The notes beneath the pieces were generated by a model. The model searched no databases, was not told the DNA's origin, and worked only from the letters and a program-made list of their open reading frames with translations. Shown one piece after another: positions 38,371 through 45,769 of a stretch of 64,000 bases of DNA; the stretch's first letter is position 1; every line of letters begins with the position of its first letter. The stretch is taken from NCBI GenBank assembly GCA_963704645.1, contig OY969926.1, forward strand, positions 1,124,491 through 1,188,490. The letters are read 5' to 3'. The translations under genes and the position numbers were made by a program. The DNA is from an uncultured bacterium (GTDB lineage: Bacteria; Patescibacteriota; JACMRA01).

Positions 38371-39699
38371 CTACAACAACTCATTCCCAACTTTATCTTC
38401 TAAAGTAACCTGGTTCCACAAAGTTCCTCTATCAAAAGTAAAAACATTTGGGTCCGCTTTAATATCTGTTAATTTTAGGGGAACGGTTAAATGCACACCA
38501 GCCATTGTTCTGCAACGGCTAAAAGCTACATAGGTTTGGCCAAAAATAAAAGCTCCCCTACCCATGTTAATAATACAATTATCAAAGGTTTGCCCCTGCG
38601 ATTTATGAATGGTTACGGCCCAAGCCAATTTTAAGGGATATTGCACAAAACTGCCTACTGTTTTCTTTACTGTTTCCAACTTCTCTTCATCATATTCATA
38701 CTTATAGGCTTCCCAAGTAGAAAGTTCTACTTCTACCAATTTTGAGTTTTTAGAATTTAAACGAATTAAGACTGTGTCTTTTTGAAGCTCTTCCACCACT
38801 CCAATTGTACCATTTACCCAACGTCTTTCTGGGTCATTTTTAATAAACATTACTTGAGCCCCAATTTTTAGGTTTAAATATTTTTCAGTGGGATAAAGCT
38901 CTTCCCCGAAGCTTCCTGTAATTACGGCTTTGTAGCTAAATTCTTCAGCACTTAGTTTTTCCAATTCATCAAAATTTATATTGGCAGCATCTTTGTTTAT
39001 AGTTGTAATAGTAATTGGTAAAGTTTCTTGCGGAACATTTTTGCCAACAAATTTAGTATTCACCCAAGAAATTAAGCTTGCATTGGCCACGCCGTAACGT
39101 AAATAATTTAATAATTTTATGAACTCGGCTTCACTTTGGCGGTAATTGTGTTCAAGTTTTATATATTTCAAATGCAAATCTGCAAAACATTTAGCCCCAA
39201 AAAAATATTCACTATTATAGCGACTTGAAAACTGCTCTTTTTCCTCCCGACGTAAAACTGGGGGAAGTTGAAAATGATCACCAAACAAAATTAATTGAAC
39301 ACCGCCAAAAGGTAATCTTGGCTTTTCTTTGTTCAACCTGAAAAACTTATCTAGCAAATCTAGCATGTCACTTCTAACCATGGAAATTTCATCAATAACC
39401 AAAATATCTATAGCTTTCACCCTGCGGTTATCACGAAGTTTATGAACTTTCCCCTCTTCCAAAAGTTGCCAAGCCGGATCAGTGCTTAATCTACAAAAAC
39501 TGTGAATTGTTTCCCCACCAACATTAATTGCAGCCATGCCAGTAGGTGCCAAAATTGCAACTTTTTGTTTTACTTCGTCTAAAAAATGTTTTAAAAGCGT
39601 GCTTTTACCTGTTCCAGCATCTCCTGTAATGTACAAATTATGCCGTGTTTTAAGCATTAATTCTAAAGCAAGCGTTGCAATTTTATTATCTTTAAACAT
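38371..39699 (-). CDS. Pif1-family (SF1B, RecD-like) DNA helicase
   Basis: Motif I GDAGTGKST, Ia LAPTGMAA, II VIDEISM, III GGVQLILFGDHFQLPPV, IV NYRQ, V TIHKSQGQT, VI YVAFSR. Confidence 0.9.
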   Translation of the reverse strand: MFKDNKIATLALELMLKTRHNLYITGDAGTGKSTLLKHFLDEVKQKVAILAPTGMAAINVGGETIHSFCRLSTDPAWQLLEEGKVHKLRDNRRVKAIDILVIDEISMVRSDMLDLLDKFFRLNKEKPRLPFGGVQLILFGDHFQLPPVLRREEKEQFSSRYNSEYFFGAKCFADLHLKYIKLEHNYRQSEAEFIKLLNYLRYGVANASLISWVNTKFVGKNVPQETLPITITTINKDAANINFDELEKLSAEEFSYKAVITGSFGEELYPTEKYLNLKIGAQVMFIKNDPERRWVNGTIGVVEELQKDTVLIRLNSKNSKLVEVELSTWEAYKYEYDEEKLETVKKTVGSFVQYPLKLAWAVTIHKSQGQTFDNCIINMGRGAFIFGQTYVAFSRCRTMAGVHLTVPLKLTDIKADPNVFTFDRGTLWNQVTLEDKVGNELL

Positions 39700-39703
39700 T
39701 GGT

Positions 39704-40414
39704 TCAAGTATTTATAAAACCAAGTTTGTTGGCAATGGGAGCTCTTGGATTTAAAATATCTAGTTTCCAACTTCCAGGATTATTAAATATATACTCCCGA
39801 ATTCTGGAAAGGTCTGCGTCATTCCGAATAACTCGTTCATAAAAAGATTTCTGCCAAAATGAAGGAAAACTCGTAGGGGAACGCTTGCCGTTCCCGTGAT
39901 ACTTAATATTTCGATAGACTTTATTCTCATCAACCATGCTAATTTCGTTGCTTGTTAAAATTCTATACTCTTTATGGAACCGCAAGGGTTCCCCTACAAA
40001 TTGCTTATTTATATGATACCATGATATTGATTTAAATTTGGATATTATATCCGATAAATTTGTTTCCTGTGTTGTTATTTTAGAAATTGGTTTATCTAAA
40101 AATGTCATGATTCCATGAATATGATTGGGCATAATTACAAAATCCTCCATTATTATGTTTTCAAATATGTCAGATAAACTTAGCCAAATATCAATAACAA
40201 TAGAACCAATTTCCGTAGGGACGAATTTTAATTCGCGTTGGGGCACTCCCAAGACAGGAGAAACAAGTTTCTCCCCTACGCCGTGATTTATAAAATTAAC
40301 TACCTCCCCAAAAATACATCTTTTGTCTTGCACACATATTGTTATGAAGAAAGAATTATTGTTTGAATAAATGTTTTTATCTGGGAATCTTATTTTCTTA
40401 CGGTTGTTGCTCAT
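39704..40414 (-). CDS. HUH/Y1 transposase of the IS200-like / REP-associated tyrosine transposase (RAYT) type
   Basis: HUH motif in VIMPNHIHGIM. C-terminal block FWQKSFYERVIRNDADLSRIREYIFNNP. Two extra segments are encoded by GTAG-hairpin doublets. Confidence 0.8.
   Translation of the reverse strand: MSNNRKKIRFPDKNIYSNNNSFFITICVQDKRCIFGEVVNFINHGVGEKLVSPVLGVPQRELKFVPTEIGSIVIDIWLSLSDIFENIIMEDFVIMPNHIHGIMTFLDKPISKITTQETNLSDIISKFKSISWYHINKQFVGEPLRFHKEYRILTSNEISMVDENKVYRNIKYHGNGKRSPTSFPSFWQKSFYERVIRNDADLSRIREYIFNNPGSWKLDILNPRAPIANKLGFINT
39873..39997. repeat. REPIN-like inverted doublet inside the RAYT ORF
   Basis: GTAGGGGAACG-CTTGC-CGTTCCC (39873-39895, + orientation) faces GTAGGGGAACC-CTTGC-GGTTCC (39997-39976, - orientation). 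Confidence 0.65.
40215..40279. repeat. second GTAG-hairpin inverted doublet inside the RAYT ORF
   Basis: GTAGGGACGAATT-TT-AATTCG (40215-40235, +) faces GTAGGGGAGAAAC-TT-GTTTCTCC (40279-40257, -). Confidence 0.55.
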
Positions 40415-40583
40415 CCCTTAAACCCAACATAATTTTTCTAGCTAAACAATATAAAGTTTGGGTTATTGGTTGGACTAACTCATAAAATAGCAAAATTCTT
40501 AATTTTCTTGGGAATTATTGCCTTGCCAGAAGGCTTTTTTTATGCTAATTTTAAATTAGATTTAGTAGTATTTGCGAGGAAAA

Positions 40584-40835
40584 ATGAGCTATAGAATTAA
40601 TTTGGAAATGGAAGGTAAGTTTCTGATAGTTACCGAAAGTGGTGACAGATTTACTGACATTGCGAAAACTCAAAGTCTTGAAGTTAATAGTACACTTTTA
40701 AAATGGCGTTTTAAATTTGACAGATATGGGAATCCAGTGAATGGAGACGCTGTATCATTATACTGCCTGCCAGATTGTATTTCTCTAGAAATACTTAAAG
40801 ATTTCATCCAACAATGGAATAGAAATCAGCAGTAA
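40584..40835 (+). CDS. small hypothetical protein (83 aa)
   Basis: The ATG at 40584 is preceded by GAGGA. The ORF track uses the TTG at 40572. Confidence 0.5.
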   Translation: MSYRINLEMEGKFLIVTESGDRFTDIAKTQSLEVNSTLLKWRFKFDRYGNPVNGDAVSLYCLPDCISLEILKDFIQQWNRNQQ

Positions 40836-40898
40836 ATAACAAGTGGTAAGTTTTTAAAAGCACTTTTTTAAGGGCTTTTTTATTTCTACAATTTTACC

Positions 40899-42098
40899 TT
40901 ACTCCGCAAACCCAACCTTAACAATTTCCACACAACCCTTCTTTTTTAAACTTTCGTAGCGTTTGTTTTCACTTCGTATAAAACTGTAGTCTATTTCAAA
41001 AGTTTTTCCTTCTTGCTTTAATTTAGGGATAATCTGGTTATAAACTTCCAGCAAATTTTCTTGACTAGCTGGCATAATTCCAACTTTTTCCAGTTCATTA
41101 AACTTTTCTGGCCACAAATTCCAACTATCTAAAAACTCTGAGAAGGGCACATCACCAGGAGCAAAACCAACTGCTGCAGATTTTTTTCCGTATAAATCTA
41201 GTAAGTCATCAAAGCGCCCTCCGCCGAATAAAGACCTGTTGTTTTCTTCGTTAGTATCAAAGGCTTCAAAAATTAAACCTGTATAGTAGGCCTGGCCACG
41301 AATAATTGTGCAAGTAAATTCAAAATCTACATCTGGCTGAATTTTTGGTAAAGTTTCTAAAATTAACTTCATTTCTGGCTGATTCAAGGCAATATTCAAA
41401 TATTCCTGCCAATTTTCACCTTGTTTTTTGGCTGTTTGCAAAATTTTCTGGGCATCGGCTTCTGGTAAAATTTCTTTAAGTGCATTTAAACTTTGCTCTT
41501 CAGTTTGTTTATACCAACCATCTAATATTTTATAAATTTCAGGCCTAAAGTTAACCCAACCATTTTTTTCCGTCCATTCGTCTAGAACCAATCTGCTGTT
41601 ATACAAAATTTTATACTGTTCTTTCTTGGCTGCAAAAGCTTTAAAAAGTTCGGCTGATAAGTTTAAAACTTCCAAATCTACAGGGCCACGCTCTGCACCT
41701 GCAATGTTAACTTCCAACTGATAAAATTCACGCGATCTACCTTTTTGTGGTCGTTCGTATCTAAAACAATTAGCAATACTAAACCAACGAACAGGGAATT
41801 TTAACTGCTCAAATTTGTCAGCAATTAAACGGGCAAAACTAAGTGTTAATTCTGGCCGAAGTGCAATTTTTCTGTCTCCTTTGTCGGTAAAAGAATAAAG
41901 CTGTTGACCCCCAAGTTCTTCCCCACTTTTGGCTATAAAAGCCTCGGCATTTTCTATAACGCTGCTGTCATATTCTACAAAACCGTTGGCCACCATGGTT
42001 TTTCGCCAAGTATTAAAAACAAAATTGCGTTTAACCAAATCTTCTGGGTACATATCTCTAGTTCCCTTATAAGGCCCAGTAGTAAAAATTTTAGACAT
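40899..42098 (-). CDS. hisS: histidine--tRNA ligase
   Basis: GTRDMYPED N-terminal block. Class II motif 2 FRYERPQKGRSREFYQ. Motif 3 region GGGRFDDL. C-terminal anticodon-binding-like domain. Confidence 0.88.
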   Translation of the reverse strand: MSKIFTTGPYKGTRDMYPEDLVKRNFVFNTWRKTMVANGFVEYDSSVIENAEAFIAKSGEELGGQQLYSFTDKGDRKIALRPELTLSFARLIADKFEQLKFPVRWFSIANCFRYERPQKGRSREFYQLEVNIAGAERGPVDLEVLNLSAELFKAFAAKKEQYKILYNSRLVLDEWTEKNGWVNFRPEIYKILDGWYKQTEEQSLNALKEILPEADAQKILQTAKKQGENWQEYLNIALNQPEMKLILETLPKIQPDVDFEFTCTIIRGQAYYTGLIFEAFDTNEENNRSLFGGGRFDDLLDLYGKKSAAVGFAPGDVPFSEFLDSWNLWPEKFNELEKVGIMPASQENLLEVYNQIIPKLKQEGKTFEIDYSFIRSENKRYESLKKKGCVEIVKVGFAE

Positions 42099-42148
42099 AT
42101 TAATTTAAAATTAAAACCCTTCCAAAAAATTGGCAAATCCAAAACAAC

Positions 42149-42170
42149 GTAGAGGCGAGCCCGTCTCGCC
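42149..42170 (+). repeat. GTAG-hairpin (REP-like) unit GTAGAGGCGAG-CCCGT-CTCGCC
   Basis: 6-bp GC stem at 42154-42159 / 42165-42170. Confidence 0.6.
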
Positions 42171-42211
42171 ACCGCCACCGCCCCAAAACAAGCAAGCAAT
42201 AAAACCACCCT

Positions 42212-42233
42212 GTAGCGGCGAAGCTTGCGAGCC
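42212..42233 (+). repeat. degenerate GTAG unit GTAGCGGCGAAGCTTGCGAGCC in tandem with 42149-42170
   Basis: Same GTAG-GGCGA head, but the stem is only weakly self-complementary. Confidence 0.35.
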
Positions 42234-42395
42234 ACACATTTTAAAAATCCAAATTGTTTTTTAAGAGAGAGTTTATGTTTTAAACTGAACATTCATTTTA
42301 ACTCAACGAGCCACTACCCACCCTTTGCCCAACCACCAAAAATATGCATAAATTAAAAGGAATTAAGAGTTTTTTCTTGGTTCAATTGTAAATAA

Positions 42396-42671
42396 TTTTT
42401 TGGAAACATCATACCACTAGAATCATCAATTTCAGAGCATAAAGCAGGTGAAGGTTTAGAACTTACACTTGCAAATTGGCCATACTTGGAGGTAATTCTC
42501 AAAAGCTATTTGGATAATTTGCCTGTTTACAATGAACAACTAGGATAGATCAAAATCACTTGGATAAAGCACACTGGCGAAGGTAGTTGTGCTCACATTT
42601 TTGAAGGATATGTAAATGAAGTAATTACTTTTTTAGGGTGGCAGATTATTGTGTTCAGTATAAAACCTTAG
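42396..42671 (+). pseudogene. possible relic ORF (91 codons, no start codon, one internal TAG)
   Basis: Coding-like translation FFGNIIPLESSISEHKAGEGLELTLANWPYLEVILKSYLDNLPVYNEQLG*IKITWIKHTGEGSCAHIFEGYVNEVITFLGWQIIVFSIKP. TAA lies immediately upstream in frame, and the internal TAG is at 42546-42548. Confidence 0.3.
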
Positions 42672-42893
42672 CCAAATTGGCAGTCACAACTTCATAAAAT
42701 TTAAAATATACACGCCTCCTTAAACTATATTTTTAACAATTAAAACTTTAATTAGTTAAATTTAATTTTTTTATTCTGCCATACCTAAAGCATAAGCAGG
42801 TTAACATGCAACATTTAACGATGGAAAATGCCCAATAAGGCTTGACAAAATTCAAGTTCTAAAGCTTCTTTTGGTGAACATATCTTTCCTTTC

Positions 42894-44399
42894 ATGAACC
42901 CAAAGCACTTACAAACTTTTGATGAAATATGTCAGAATTTGTGGCTAGATCTAGAGAATTATATTAAATACCTAGAGCCGCAGGAAAAGATGATGGTTTG
43001 TAATGCTTTTCAGGCTGCCATGGAAATATATGGGAATAAAAAAAGGGATGATGGAAGTTACTATTTAGAACACAAAGTAGAAGTGGCAAAAATTTTGGCA
43101 AAAATTCATTTAGATCAAGATACCTTAGCCGCCGCACTGCTTTACGGAAGCACAGATGATAAGCCGTTTTTAGAGCTTCATAGACTAAATTTCCCATCTA
43201 AGGTTTTTGAAATTATTGAAGATTTAAATAAAATTCTGGCTTTACTGCAGAACACTAGTCAGAATTCATCTGAAAAATATGCTGAAAACTTAAGAAGGAT
43301 GTTTGTGGCCACTGGAAGAGATTTTAGAGTATTTTTCATTAAGCTTGCCGATAGAATTAACAATTTGAAAAATATGCAGCATCTAGCACCAGAGAAAGCT
43401 AGAGAAATTGCAGAGCAAGCTATAAAAATTGATTCTGAAATTGCTTCAAGAATGGGCATTAGCATTTTAAAAAATGGTATTGAAGATTCGGCTTTTCAGT
43501 ATTTACACCCAAAGATATGGAACTTCATGGTGAACAACAGTGTTTTAAATTTTGAAAATAGAACAACTCATTCAAAAAAACTGCAAATTAAAACCGAAAA
43601 GTTTTTAACCGAAAGAAAATTTCCCTATTTAGAAATAATGGGAAGAGCTAAGGGTTATTATGCAGTTTACAACAAACTATATGACAAAGGTAAAACCATA
43701 GATGAAGTTCACGATTTAATTGCACTTAGAATAATTGTAGACGATGTTCCAAAATGTTTCCAAGCATTAGACGAAATCCATACAATTTTTCCTGAATACG
43801 TGGAAAGAACCAAAAATTACATTCAAAATCCTAAAGAAAACGGGTATCAAAGTATTCATACAACTGTTATAGACAAGGAAACAAATACTTCTTTTGAATT
43901 CCAAATTAGAACCAAAGAAATGCACGAATTGGCTGAATATGGTGCTGCCGCACACTGGGCTTACAAAAAGAAGGTTATAGCAGCTGATAGTAAGTTAAAT
44001 TTCTTAGATCCAAATACTTTAATGAATTTTGGTGAAACTTTGCGCAGAGGGGCTTGGAACTTATTGCTTAAACAAAAAGAGGCAAAAAAGAATTTAGAAA
44101 TGAATTTATTTCAAGATAAAGTATTTGTACTTACCCCAAAAGGTGACGTAATAAGCTTGCCAGACAATTCTACAGCACTTGATTTTGCTTATAAAATTCA
44201 CCAGGAGGTTGGAAATAAAGCAGCCTATGCAAAAATTAATAGCAAAGCAAACAACTTGTACACTGTTTTAAAAACTGGCGATATGGTTGAAATAGTTACA
44301 GACACATACCAGTCTCCGAAAAAATACTGGTTAAATTGGTCAAAAACAAATACTGCTCACAAAATGATTAAGTCTTATTTAAAAAACGGTGTAAGCTAG
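42894..44399 (+). CDS. rel: RelA/SpoT-homolog (p)ppGpp synthetase/hydrolase with TGS domain
   Basis: HD-domain blocks (HKVEVAKILA, ADRINNLKNM). Synthetase blocks GYQSIHTTV and EFQIRTKEMHELAEYGAAAHWAYK. TGS block VFVLTPKGDVISLPDNSTALDFAYKIH. Confidence 0.9.
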   Translation: MNPKHLQTFDEICQNLWLDLENYIKYLEPQEKMMVCNAFQAAMEIYGNKKRDDGSYYLEHKVEVAKILAKIHLDQDTLAAALLYGSTDDKPFLELHRLNFPSKVFEIIEDLNKILALLQNTSQNSSEKYAENLRRMFVATGRDFRVFFIKLADRINNLKNMQHLAPEKAREIAEQAIKIDSEIASRMGISILKNGIEDSAFQYLHPKIWNFMVNNSVLNFENRTTHSKKLQIKTEKFLTERKFPYLEIMGRAKGYYAVYNKLYDKGKTIDEVHDLIALRIIVDDVPKCFQALDEIHTIFPEYVERTKNYIQNPKENGYQSIHTTVIDKETNTSFEFQIRTKEMHELAEYGAAAHWAYKKKVIAADSKLNFLDPNTLMNFGETLRRGAWNLLLKQKEAKKNLEMNLFQDKVFVLTPKGDVISLPDNSTALDFAYKIHQEVGNKAAYAKINSKANNLYTVLKTGDMVEIVTDTYQSPKKYWLNWSKTNTAHKMIKSYLKNGVS

Positions 44400-44442
44400 A
44401 TTTTTGTAATGTAATTTAAGTTATAAACTTGAATCTTCCTTA

Positions 44443-45732
44443 CTATATAAAGAATCCGTTTCCTGAGCCTCTCTTTAAGCTTGGATTAACCAACATTAAA
44501 TATATAGATTTACTACCGGAAGGATCTATTACAATTTCTCCAATATTACCTATTGTAGTTGAAACACCAATTTTATCGTTAGTAGTCCAACTTTGCCCCC
44601 TGTTGGTTGTTGTAAACAACTTGTTATCTACACTTACTAAAATGCTATCTAAACCTTTTACTGGGTCTACAGCGGCATCTAAAACATTATATTGTTCGCT
44701 TTGAAGTGGTAATAAAATTTTAGAAAATTTACCATCTACATCTGAACTAAACCACATCTGCCTATCGGAAAGTAGAATCCAACCTTTATTACTACCCGAA
44801 GTTACAGGTATTATTTTTTCATATATTCCAAAAGTATTTGTGTCTTTAGGAATTATGCTTAAGCTATCTTTAGGTTGATTTTCGCCTATTTTACTGGTTT
44901 CTTTATTCAAAGCTTTAGTTGTCCAAGTTTCACCATCGTTTGCTGAAACAGCCAAGCCATTTTTATTGAAAAGAATGTAGAACAGGTTATTGAACTCTGG
45001 AACAAAACCAATTTGAACTGGCTGATCGTTGAAAGATTGAAGCTTCTGCCAAGTTTTTCCTCCGTCCAAACTTCTAATTAAAACACCTTTTTGCAAAACA
45101 CCATAAATACGCAATGGGTTTTTTGGATCTACAGCCAATAACTTAACTTCCACATTAGCTTGAACCTCAGTGTAAACCTCTTTAAAAGTGTCACCTCCAT
45201 CGTTACTAGCAAAAATTTTACCAACCTTATTTTGACTTGCTGCAAAGTAAATATTTTCTTGATTTGTTGCGTCTACAGCAAAATCTGCGGATACAAGAGC
45301 GTCATTTTTAGCCACAATATTAGCAATTTCAGTGTCTTTAGCTTTTGCGTCAGAGTTTGTTGAAACAGGGTTAAAGATATATTTTCTCTGCCAAGTTCTA
45401 CCTCCATCTTTTGTTCTAAATAGACCTTTCTGACTGGTTAACAAATATAGATTGTCTGTTGATGTTAGCACCATTTTTAAACCAGACAAATTATTTAAGC
45501 CAGTTGCTTCTGTTTGCCCGTTTAAAGTTTTAACAGCATTAATTCTACCAAATTTTTCTGTAGAAATTGTTGGATCTTGCTTTAAAACACCTAAACTTAG
45601 ACTAGAAGAACTACCACCTAGGTTTAAACCTGGAATTGTACATGCAGCTGCTGATGTGAAAATAGCTAGACCAGTAAAAGCTATCATACCTAATCTTTGT
45701 AAACTTTCAGATAAGGAAAAATTTAAATTCAT
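44443..45732 (-). CDS. secreted BNR/Asp-box repeat beta-propeller protein (Ycf48/sialidase-like fold)
   Basis: Signal peptide. Asp-boxes TKDGGRTWQ, SNDGGDTFK, SLDGGKTWQ, ANDGETWT and TNRGQSWT. Confidence 0.8.
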   Translation of the reverse strand: MNLNFSLSESLQRLGMIAFTGLAIFTSAAACTIPGLNLGGSSSSLSLGVLKQDPTISTEKFGRINAVKTLNGQTEATGLNNLSGLKMVLTSTDNLYLLTSQKGLFRTKDGGRTWQRKYIFNPVSTNSDAKAKDTEIANIVAKNDALVSADFAVDATNQENIYFAASQNKVGKIFASNDGGDTFKEVYTEVQANVEVKLLAVDPKNPLRIYGVLQKGVLIRSLDGGKTWQKLQSFNDQPVQIGFVPEFNNLFYILFNKNGLAVSANDGETWTTKALNKETSKIGENQPKDSLSIIPKDTNTFGIYEKIIPVTSGSNKGWILLSDRQMWFSSDVDGKFSKILLPLQSEQYNVLDAAVDPVKGLDSILVSVDNKLFTTTNRGQSWTTNDKIGVSTTIGNIGEIVIDPSGSKSIYLMLVNPSLKRGSGNGFFI

Positions 45733-45769
45733 AGGCTAATTTTCTCCTAGATTAGGTGTTTTGTCAATT

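Noticed and set aside
41975-42292. 105-aa minus-strand ORF spanning the hisS start and the REP-like units.
   Set aside because: It overlaps the well-supported hisS 5' end in another frame and runs through the GC-rich palindromes. It has no RBS and an Arg/Leu-rich composition.
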